The position numbers and the translations under genes are program-made. Of a stretch of 64,000 nt of DNA, positions 12,501 to 24,500 are shown one piece after another (positions within the stretch are counted from its first letter, which is position 1; each line of letters opens with the position of its first letter). The notes beneath the pieces were generated by a model that saw only the letters and a list, made by a program, of their open reading frames with translations, searched no databases and was not told the origin of the DNA. Source of the stretch: Raja brachyura. Lineage: Eukaryota. The DNA is taken from assembly GCA_963514005.1 (NCBI GenBank), contig OY740804.1, forward strand, positions 5,394,001 through 5,458,000, written 5' to 3'.

Positions 12501-15500
12501 TAGTTAATCCAACTGGGAGGGAATATTCCTTTTGCTCATCAGTACACAAAACTTATTCAAGAATTGATTATTTCTTAGTGGATACAAAATTAATACCATA
12601 TACAATTAATCCTAAATACCATAACAGTATTATTTCTGATCACTCCCCGCTGACTTTTACTTTAAAACTTGAGGGAATGCCAGGTATAAAATCCTTTTGG
12701 AGATTTAACACACAAATATCTAATGACTCACAAGGTTACGAGTATTTAAAACAACAAATGAAAGTTTTTTTTTGAAACAAACGAGACGCCTGGTATTTCA
12801 CCATCGCTATTATGGGAATCTTTTAAGGCATTCATCCGTGGAGTTATAATTTTGTATCAAATTTTTCTAAATTAACAAAACAGGACAGAACAATGGACGT
12901 TAGAAAAGGAAATAAAATTATTAGCATTAGGTAACGCAAAAGACCCAACTATAGATAAACGTAATAAGATCACGTTATTGAAATTTAAACTTAATCGAAT
13001 ATTATCGGCAAGAGTAATAAGATTATTTCAGATCACAAAGCAAGTACAGTTTGAATTTGGGAATAAACCACATAAACTTCTAGCATGACAATGGAAGAAG
13101 CAAGAAAAGGGAAAGACAATGATTAAAATTTAATCAGCGAAACAGGGAACTATTAACTTTACCTAAGGATATTAACAAAAGGTTCGCTCAATTTAATCAA
13201 AATTTATATACATCAAAAAACTAACATTGAAGACAATAAAATTATAAATTTTTTAGATAATTGTAATTTGCCAAAATTGGATATCTTAGAACAAGAGGAA
13301 TTAGGAGCTCAGATTACAAGTGAAGAAATAAGAGAAACAATATAAGAACTGAAAAATGGGAAGACACCAGTTTTAATAATGAATTCTATAAAAGATTTCA
13401 GCAGTTAATGGTCCCACGATTACTTAAATTATATAGTTATGCTTTTACCGAAAATAAATTACCAGAAACTTTAGCAGAATCTCCAATTACGCTTATACCA
13501 AAAAAAATAAAGATCTAGAAGATCTGGGCTCATATAGAGCTATATCACTTTCAAATACAGATCAAAATTTTTTAGCAAAGAATTTAGCAAGAAGATTGAG
13601 TAAATATATTAATAAATTGATAAACCAGGACCAAACGGGGTTTATACCTAAAAGACAATAATTTAACAATTTGAGATGACTTTTTAATATAATGTATTCA
13701 CATAAAGGGAGACATCAGTTATATCTTTGGATGCAGAGAAAGCATTTGATCAGGTAGTGTGGCAGTATTTATACAAAGTACTCCAAAAATTTAATATGGG
13801 AGATAATTCTATTAGATGGGTAAAATTATTACATGATAAATCAATGGCAAGAATATTAACTAATAATATGTTGTCTCCAAAATTCCAATTATCACGGGGC
13901 AATAGGCAGGGATGTGTTTTATCACCCGTGCTATTTGCCCTTATGATAGAGCCCCTGATTGAAAGGATAAGAACACATCCGAATATTCAGGGATATAATA
14001 CTAAGGACTCTAATAACAAAATTTCATTATACGCGGATGATATACTTTTATATATTAGAAATTCAGAAACGAGTATCCCGAATTTTACTAAACGTAATAG
14101 AGGAATTTGGCTTTTTTTCTGGATATAGAATAAATTGGAATAAAAGTGAAATTATGTCATTACAGCCCCAGAAAGCAAATCATCTATAAAAATTTCCATT
14201 TAAAATTGCAACAGAAAAATTTAAGTATTTAGGTATTCAAGTTACTAGAAGATATAAATCATTATTTAATGCTCATTTTAATCCTTTGTTAAATAAATTG
14301 AACGCTCTGATTAAATTTTGGAAAACGCCCCCACTGTCATTAATTGGCAGAATAAATGCTATAGAAATGATAGTTCTATCACAAATAATATATTTATTTC
14401 AATCCATACCAATATATATACTAAAATATATATTTTTTAAACTAGACTCTAATATTACTAATTTTATATGGGACTACAAAGCACATAGAATTAAAATAAA
14501 TCATTTTGTGTAAACCTAAAGATGTAGGGGGACTTGCACTGCCTAATTTTTTTATATTATTATTGGGCAGTGCATATTAAGAAAGTCATTTATTGGTTGG
14601 ACTGTCCTTCTCAACAGATGGAATGGATAAGAATGGAGAAAGAGGATTGTTTTCCTTATGATTTAGGAGCGATCCTCTTCTCCCCGATAAAATTGAATAA
14701 TATATTATATAAGAATCCAATTATACACAATATAATTCGAATTTGGAAACAAATAAAATTAACTTTAAAATTAAGAAACTTATCATCATTAACACCAATA
14801 GTGAATAATCCGGTATTTAAACCATCTTTTATGGATAAAACATATAGACAACGGGAAAGGTTGGGAATTAAAAAGTTGGGTGACATGTATGAAATGGGAA
14901 ATTTATTATCATTTCAACAATTTAAATCAAAATTTAATCTGAATAATAACCAATACTTTAAATATTTACAGATATGTGACTTTATAAAAATATATATACC
15001 AAGACTACAGAGCATAATGATAGACCCACTGGAAGAAGCAATGAATATTAAGGCGGACTCACAAAAATTAATATCATATTTATATAATAGTATTCTTAAT
15101 AGAAAATTGCCATCAACAGAGGCAATTAGAGAAGACTGGAAAAAAGAATTAATGACAAAAATGTCTAAAGAAACATGGGATAGGTATTTGATATATATAC
15201 ATAAATGGTCGATTAACGCTAGACATAATTTAATTCAATTTAAAATATTACACAGATTATATTATTCAAAAGTTAGGTTGAATAAATTTTATTCAAATAT
15301 TTCTCCCATCTGTGATAAATGTCTTTCTCAAAATGCCAATATCACACATTCTTTCGTTTCTTGCACAAAACTTCAAGGATTTTGGTGTGATATATTCACT
15401 AGTTTAAGATTAAAATGGAACCTAGCATGGAAATGATTATCTTTGGAGTAATGGAAAATGGAAACAAATTAAATATATCCCAAATTTCATTTTTTAATTA

Positions 15501-18500
15501 TGGTTTCATAACTGCAAAAAAAACTTAAATTGTGGAAAAAGCTTACTATACCAACACTAATGTGGAATGGTAATATGTTGGAAATTGCCCATTCGGAAGA
15601 AATGAGACTCCTCCTAATAGCAAAAAAAGACCAATTCTTAACGAGTTGGTCTCCATTTATTGACCTTGTGGATTCATGTGGTGCAATAGTATCGTAAAAT
15701 TAAAAATTCTGGGTTTGGGCGAAAAATGATTAAGAATATAAAAAATCATCGACTTGTGGCGAGGGAGAATCTCCTTTCTGCTTCACTTTCTCACATTTAT
15801 TTTCTTTACATCACACTCACTAGACTTTCCTTTACTCTTCACTACTTCTTTCTTTCTCATTTCTTTCTAACAAAAAAAGGAAGTTGTACAATGAATGTTT
15901 TAATAATTCTGGGAACCTGTAAAAAGGTACCATCAAAATGTAACGTACTTCTAATTAAATTTTTTTTTTAAATTAAAAAAGATTAGTTTAGTTTTGATTA
16001 GTTTAGTTTAGAGATACAGCATGGAAACAGGCCTTTCGGCCCACCAAGTCTGCATTGGCCAGCAATCCCCATACACTAGATCTACCCGAAACATTAGAGA
16101 CAATTTACAGAGGCGAATTAACCTACAAACCTCCACATCTTTGGAATGTGGCAGAAAACCGGAACACCTGGAGGAAACTCACGTGGTCACCTAGAGAACG
16201 AATAGACTCTAAAGACAGCAACCGTAGTCAGGATCGAACACAAGTAGTAAGGGAGCAACTCTACCACCGTGCCATCATGTCACTGTTGGAGTTTTCATAT
16301 CTGACAGCCAGCATGAAGCCCCCCGTCAGTACAGCAGTGGTGTGGTATCCGGGGGATTTACCAGAATATTTGCAGCTATCCTTGAAAGCACCACTTTGTC
16401 AACACGGTTCTACAACCCTGTTCCAACCTCGGCGGAAAGAACACCATGGCGTCTAGGGTCACGTTCTAGGTGGAGAAACCTCCTGCTGTTGGAGTGACTG
16501 ACATTGAGACACTGACCAACTCTACAAAGTGTTGCCATACGTGATATCAAAGGTGGTGTTTTAGACCAACATTCACTATGCATTTTCCTATCAGCACCAC
16601 ACCAGAACAGGTCACAGCAAGGCAAAGCAGCAATACTTGTGTTTGGCAACTTTACTCATCTCACACCATGGGATGAGGTTAGCAATGGAGAATACCATTG
16701 GTGAATACCTCAGGGAATGCCCTCTGAAGGGCAAGAAATGGAGGAATCTGTTCTTAACACCCAAGCATATACACAACATAATGAGATATAATCCAGTGCA
16801 ATTTCCCTTCTGGTGAGTTAACTAATATCTGGTTTGCAAGTTATATACATATTATTATAGAATAAGGTCATAAGCAATAGGAGTAGAATTAGGGAAGTTG
16901 GCCCATCAAGTCTACTCCGCCATTCATTCATGACTGATCTATCTCTCTCGCCTAACTCCATTGTCCTGCCTTCTACCCATAACTTCTAACACCCGAACTA
17001 ATGAAGAATCTAGCTACTTATGCCTTAAAAATATCGACTGACTTGGCCTCCACAGAATTCTGTGGCAAAGAATTCCATAGATTCACCACCAACAGACTAA
17101 AGGAATTTATCCTCATCTCCTTCATAAAAGAACATCTCATTCTGAGGCTATACCTTCTAGTCCTAGAATCTCCCACTGGTGGAAACATCCTCTCCACATC
17201 CACTCTATCCAAGCCTTTCATTATTCTGTATGTTTCAATGAGGTCCCCCATCATTCTTCTCAACTCTTGTTTAGAAGAATGTTTGAGAGATAAATTTATC
17301 TTTTAATGTCAGGCTTGAAATATGTACAAAGGCATTGGTTATGTTTCCTGATATTTGGGTTCTTCGGATCTATAGAGAAACACAGTATGGAGACAGGCCA
17401 TTTGGTCCTTCAGGTCTGCGCTGACCATCAGCCACATTCACACAAATCCTGCGGGAAGAAGAGTGGTCTAGATAGTTGTGGGAGTCAGTAGGTTTATAAT
17501 AGACATCAGTTGATAGTCTATCTCCTTTGGTGAAGACGATGAGATTGAGAAAGGGGAGGGGGATGTTGGAGATGGTCCAACTGTATTTGAGTGTCGGATG
17601 GAGAGCAGGAGACCATTCCCTCTGCAACCCTGCTGAATGGCTCAATTCTACTCCTATTCCATATAACATTATGACCTATACTTCCCTGGTTATCTCATTC
17701 TTTCCCATCCAAACCACCCCCTCCCCAATACCTTCCCCTTCAACCATAGGAAATGCAACATCTGTCCCTATACCTCCTCCCTTGACTCTGTCCAAGGATC
17801 TCAACTGTCCTTTCGGGATAGAGTTCATTTGAACATCCTCTAACCTCATCTACTGTATCAGGTGTGGACTCTCATACATCAGCAGTACCAAACGTTGACT
17901 GGGCGATCATTTCATTGAACACATACGCTTAGTCCTCCTGGCACTATATGATCTCCCAGTTGCTAAACACTTTAACTCTCCCTCTCATTCCCACACTGAC
18001 CGCTCCGTCCTGGGCTTCCTCCATTGTCATAGTGAGGACAAATGCAAATTTGGAGGACCAGCACCTCATACTTTAAATGATCCTTGCATCCCCTCTCTCT
18101 CCGCCACCCTAGTTGTTGAATGAATTTCACTGTTGTCTTGTAGTGTCATATTGTCTGTGCAACCCGTTTTCACCTAGCCCACAGCTAACAATGGATCTTT
18201 TCCTTGATCATTGTTACTTTTTTGCATATCTTTCATTCATTGTTTTATACCTTTCTGTATCACCGTCAATGTCGCTCTCGTTTCCCTTTCCCCTGACTCT
18301 CACTCTGAAGGAGGGTCTCAACCTATTCCATTTCTCCAGAGATGCTGACTGACCCGATGACCTTACTCCAGTTGTTTGTGTCTATATTCAGTTCAAACCA
18401 GCATGTGCTGTTCCTTCCTACACAATGAAAGGCAAAATATGCAGAACACACATAGACGGCACCCAAGTTCAGGGTCTTGGCATTGTGAGGCTGTGGTCCC

Positions 18501-21500
18501 ACTGGCTGTGCCACTGTGCATACAGATCAATACTCCAACTGGCCTTTAATGCCTGTGAACGGAAGATACAACTTTCTCCCAATTGAAGCAATCCCAATCA
18601 AAACACCAGCAATTAGTACATGGCATCTTTCATTGGAAACAGAGTAGTTAACCTTGAAGGTAGACAAAAGTGCTGGAGAAACTCAGCGGGTGCAGCAGCA
18701 TCTATGGAGCGAAGGAAATAGGCAACGTTTTGGGCCGAAACCCTTCTTCAGACCCACCATCAGTCTGAAGAGGGGTTTCCACCCGAAACTTTGCCTATTT
18801 CCTTCGCTCCATAGATGCTGCCGCACCCGCTGAGTTTCTCCAGCATTTTTGTCTACCTTCGATTTTCCAGCATCTGCAGTTTCTTCTTGAACAGTTTACC
18901 TTGACGTATACTTGGATCTTTTCGAAGTTTCACAAGAATATTCAAGTCCTGTTGGAACAAGGAAATAAAAATCATTTCATTGCTTTTCACTTGCAGTTGA
19001 ACAAGAGAGCATGCTTGTCTGATGTAAGGAGTTCATAGGCAATGTTTCTTCAGTGTAATTTACAGCAAGTGGGAGATGTTGTCATGATATGCTGGAGCAC
19101 TGGTTACAACTCAGGTCGCCAACAGTATGGCGGCACAGTGGCGTAGTGGTAGAGTTGCTGCCTTACAACGAATGCAGCCCGGGTTCGATCCTGAACACGT
19201 TTGGAGTTTGTACCTTCTCCCCGTGACCTGTGTGGGGTTTCTCCGAGATCTTCGGTTTCCCCCCACACCCCAAAGACGTACAAGTTTGTAGGTTAAATGG
19301 CTTGGTAAATGCAAAAATTATCCCTAGTTAAATGGTTAATAATGTGCCGGGATCACTGGTCGGCACGGACCCAGGTGGCCGAAGGGTTTGTTTCCGCGCT
19401 GAATCTCTAAACTAAAGACGTGCAGGTTTGTAGGTTAATTGGCTTCTGTAAATTGTCTCTTAATTTAGAATTGTCCCTAATTGTATTGGTATACCGGTTA
19501 AAGGCAGCTGCTTCCACACTGGATCTCTAAACTAAACTGGATAGATGGGGTTTTATTCCACACAGGAGAGGAACGAGGAAGCTATTACAGGTTATGCAAT
19601 GCTGTGACGGACATTGATAGGGTACTTCGTGGAAAATCAGCACAGCAGATGTGCGTAGAAGTGGAGAACATTAGAAACATAGAAACATAGAAAATAGGTG
19701 CAGGAGTAGGCCATTCGGCCCTTCGAGCCTGCACCGCCATTCAATGTGATCATGGCTGATCATCCAACTCAGTATCCCGTACCTGCCTTCTCTCCATACC
19801 CCCTGATCCCTTTACCCACAAGTGCCACATCTAACGCCCTCTTAAATATAGCCAATGAACTGGCCTCAACTACCTTCTGTGGCAGAGAATTCCAGAGACT
19901 CACCACTCTCTGTGTAAAGAATGTTTTCCTCATTTCGGTCCTAAAGGAATTCCCCCTTATCCTTAGACTGTGACCCCTTGTTCTGGACTCCCCCAACATC
20001 GGGAACAATCTTCCAGCATCTAGCTTGTCCAACCCCTTAAGAATTTTGTAGGTTTCTATAAGATCCCCCCTCAATCTTCTAAATTCCATCGAGTACAAAC
20101 CGAGTCTATCCAATCTTTCCTCATATGAAAGTCCTGACATCCCAGGAATCAGTCTGGTGAATCTTCTCTGTACCCCCTCTATGGCAAGGATGTCTTTCCT
20201 CAGATTTGGAGACCAAAACTGTACGCAGTACTCCAGGTGTGGCCTCACCAAAACCCTGTACAACTGCAGTAGAACCTCTCTGCTCCTATACTCAAATCCT
20301 TTCGCTATGAATGCTAACATACCATTTGCTTTCTTCACTGCCTGCTGCACCTGCATGCCTACTTTCAATGACTGGTGTACCATGACACCCAGGTCTCGTT
20401 GCATCTCCCCCTTACCTAATCTGCCACCATTCAGATAATAGTCTACCCTCATGTTTTTGCCACCAAAGTGGATAACCTCACATTTATCCACATTGTACTG
20501 CATCTGCCATGCATCTGCCCATTCACTCAGCCTATCCAAATCACCCTGCAGCCTCCAAGCATCCTCCTCACACCTAACTATACCCCCCAGCTTGGTATCA
20601 TCTGCAAATTTGGAGATGTTGCATTGAATTCCCTCGTCCAAATCATTAATATATATTGTAAATAGCTGGGGTCCCAGCACTGAGCCTTGCGGCACCCCAC
20701 TAGTCACTGCCTGCCATTCTGAAAAGGACCCATTTACTCCTACCCTTTGCCTCCTGTCTGCTAGCCAGTTCTCTATCCACATCAATACTGAACCCCCAAT
20801 ACCGTGTGCTTTAAGTTTGTATGCTAATCTCTTATGCGGGACCTTGTCGAAAGCCTTCTGAAAGTCTAGATATAACACATCCACTGGTTCTCCCTTATCC
20901 ACTCTACTAGTTACATCCTCGAAAAATTCTATCAGATTTGTCAGACATGATTTACCTTTCGTAAATCCATGCTGACTTTGTCCAATGATTTCACCACTTT
21001 CCAAATGCGCTGCCATCCCATCTTTAATAACTGACTCTAGCAGTTTCCCCACTACCGATGTTAGACTAACTGGTCTGTAATTCCCCGCTTTCTCTCTCCC
21101 TCCTTTTTTAAAAAGTGGGGTTACATTAGCTACCCTCCAATCCTCAGGAACTACTCCAGAATCTAAGGAATTTTGAAAGATTATCACTAATGCATCCACT
21201 ATTTCTGTGGCTACCTCCTTGAGTACTCTGGGATGCAGACTATCTGGCCCTGGGGATTTATCGGCCTTCAATCCGTTCAATTTACCCAACACCACCTCCC
21301 GGCTAACCTGGATTTCACTCAGTTCCTCCATCTTATTTGACCCCCGTTCCACTGCTATTTCCGGCAGATTACTTATGTCTTCCTTAGTGAAGACAGAACC
21401 AAAGTAGTTATTCAATTGGTCTGCCATGTCCTTGTTCCCCATGATCAATTCACCTGTTTCTGACTGCAAGGGACCAACATTTGTTTTAACTAGTCTCTTT

Positions 21501-24500
21501 CTCTTTACATATCTATAAAAACTTTTGCAGTCAGTTTTTATGTTCCCTGCCAGTTTCCTTTCATAATCTATTTTCCCTTTCCTAATTAAGCCCTTTGTCC
21601 TCCTCTGCTGGATTCTGAATTTCTCCCAGTCCTCCGGTAGGCTGCTTTTTCTGGCAAATTTGTATGCCTCATCTTTTGTTTTTATACTATCCCTGATTTC
21701 CCTTGTTATCCATGGATGCACCACCTTCCCCGATTTATTCTTTTGCCAAACTGGTATGAACAACTTTTGTACTTCATCCATGCAGTCTTTAAATACCTTC
21801 CATTGCACATCCACTGTCAACCCTTTAAGAATCACCTGCCAGTCTATCTTGGCCAATTCACATCTCATACCTTCAAAGTTACCTTTGTTCAAGTTCAGAA
21901 CCCTTGTTTCTGACTTAATTTTGTCACTCTCCATCCTAATGAAGAACTCAACCATATTATGGTCACTCTTGCCCAAGGGGCCACGCACAACAAGACTGCT
22001 AACTAACCCTTCCTCATTACTCAATACCCAGTCTAGAATAGCCTGCTCTCTCGTTGGTTCCTCCACATGTTGGTTGAGAAAACTATCCCGCATACATTCC
22101 AGGAAATCCTCTTCCTCAGCACCCCTGCCAATTTGATTCACCCAATCTACATGCAGATTGAAGTCACCCATTATAACCGTGTTACCCTTGTTGCACGCAT
22201 TTCTAATTTCCTGTTTGATGCCATCCCCAACTCCAATACTACTGTTAGGTGGCCTGTACACAGTTCCCACTAGCGTTTTCTGCCCCTTAGAGTTTCGCAG
22301 CTCTACCCATATCGATTCCACATCCTCCACGCTAATGTCCTTCCTTTCTATTGCATTAATCTCCTCTCTCACCAGCAACGCTACCCCACCTCCTTTTCCT
22401 TTTCGTCTATCCCTCCTGAATATTGAATATCCCTGGATGTTCAGCTCCCAGCCTTGGTCATCCTGGAGCCAAGTCTCCGTGATTCCAACTATAGCATAGT
22501 CATTAATCGCTATCTGCACCTTCAACTCATCCACCTTATTACGAATGCTCCTCGCATTGAGACACAAAGCTTTCAGGCTTGTTTTTACAACACTCTTACT
22601 CCTTATACAATTATGTTGACAAGTGGCCCCTTTCACATCGATCCCTATTACACTTGGCCATACTCTCCTATCCCTTTGTGAGCTTTCTTCCCCGTTAATT
22701 CTGGGGTCATTAACCATCGCTTTATTCTCTTTCCCTCTAACTCCGTCCTCGACTATCCCATTTGATACCCCACCCCCCTTATTCAGTTTAAAACCATCCG
22801 TGTAGCAGTGGCAAACCTGCCGGCCAGAATGCTGGTCCCCCACCTGTTAAGATGCAATCCGTCCCTTTTGTACAGTTCCCCCTTACTATAAAAAAAATCC
22901 CAGTGATCTAAGAATCTAAATCCCTGCCCCCTGCACCAGTTCCTCAGCCACACATTCAGGTCCCATATCTCCCTGTTCCTGCTCTCGCCAGCACGAGGAA
23001 CTGGAAGCAAACCGGAGATAACAACCCTGGAAGTCCTGCTTTTCAGCATTTTTCCGAGCTCTCTGAAGTCCCGCTGCAAAAAAATCATCTCCTTCTTTCC
23101 AACATCATTTGTGCCAACATGCACGACCACTTCCGGCTGGTCACCTTCGCCCTTGAGGATTGTCTGCACTCTGTCCGTAACATCCTGGATCCTGGCACCA
23201 GGAAGGCAGCACACCATCCTGGAATCCCGTCTGTTGCCGCAAAACCCCCTGTCCGTACCTCTCACAATGGAGTCTCCAACTACAATGGCGTTGCCCGACT
23301 TTGGCCTCTGTGGGTTTGGCTCATCAGCCCTTTTTGTTTGGCAAGCCAGTCCGCCGCTCAGTGGGATACCGTCTTCTGTCCCGGCAGCTTCCACGTGGGT
23401 GAACCTGTTCACAAGAGGTACAACACCCGGGGACCTTTGCATCCCATGTTTTCCTCCCTTTCTCACCGTCACCCACCTTCTCTCTTCTAGTGCCTTGGGT
23501 GTAACAATCTCACTGAAGGACTTGTCGAGAAACGACTCAGTTTCTCGAATGAACCTGAGGTCATCCACTTGTTTCTCCAGTTCCCCAACTCGGTCCTTCA
23601 GGAGCTGTACCTGGATGCACTTCTCACATTTGTAGCATCCAGAGGCACCAGCAGTGTCCTTGACCTCCCACATACTGCAAGCATCACACTGCATCAGCTT
23701 GCTTGACATCTTCTTTTGCCTCGGTCTCGCCCTATCCAGTATTTTGCGCAGCCTCCTCGCCGAAGACTCTCGAGCCAAAGACTCACACTTTACTCACAGG
23801 GCACTTCCCTCACAAGGCCGCTCCCCAAGAGCTGCCTTGCTTATATTGACTGTTCAATTGCCTAATTTACAAACCAAATTCCTCAGTTTTGAGGAACTGC
23901 TTTCACCCTCTGACTCACTGAGAACTTTCCTCCCACTTGGGCTAGAGCCAATCAGTGCTTTCTCCTGCTTCTCTTTGTTGCTGTTGCTTCAAAATCCACG
24001 GGAAGACTGAGTGAAGTCTGCCTGTGCTTTGCCTCTCCTTTTTAACTGCTCTCCCCCTCTGACTCACTGAGAACTCTCCTCCCACTTGGGCTAGAGCCAA
24101 TCAGTGCTTTCTCCTGCTTCTCTTTGTTGCTGTTGCTTCAAAATCCACGGGAAGACCATTGGGTTGGATTAAGGAGTAGAATATTCGGAGGGTATCTGAG
24201 CAAGAAATATTTTTAAACCTAGATGGTGAGGGCACTTGAATTGTCAAGTCTGAGAAGACTATGGATGAGGGGCTGGTAAAAATGGGATAAGTATCGATGG
24301 CACTTAATGGTAACACAGTGCACCAAAGCTGATAGTGTCTAGGAGTTAATAGTGGCCACATTTACGGATCATTTCTGTTCCCTTCCCATATTTGAGCGTC
24401 GGTCATGTGGAGATGATGGAAAGTGAAAGTGCTTGGACTGATGTCACTGCAAACCTAGTTTAAAGCTGTGTAAATATAAGAGGAAGTTCTAGCCGGGAAG

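Larger units (their letters stand above)
19673..24156 (-). mobile_element. Full-length, apparently intact CR1 LINE (about 4.5 kb)
   Basis: Open ORF1 and ORF2; (ctatgttt)n 3' tail; duplicated 5'UTR monomer; CATT duplicated at 19669-19672 and 24157-24160; empty site in the paralogous intron near 58220. Confidence 0.95.

Noticed and set aside
16420-16490. Possible extra stalk exon after an acceptor-like cactccaacag
   Set aside because: No compatible donor, not shared with gene B, and the micro-exon already joins the TM exon in frame.
19128-19195. tRNA-like sequence with A and B boxes
   Set aside because: It is the head of an HE1-type SINE, present in many copies with SINE body and tail.
20157-23635. 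Many plus-strand ORFs
   Set aside because: Antisense shadows of CR1 ORF1/ORF2; several recur identically in the second CR1 copy.
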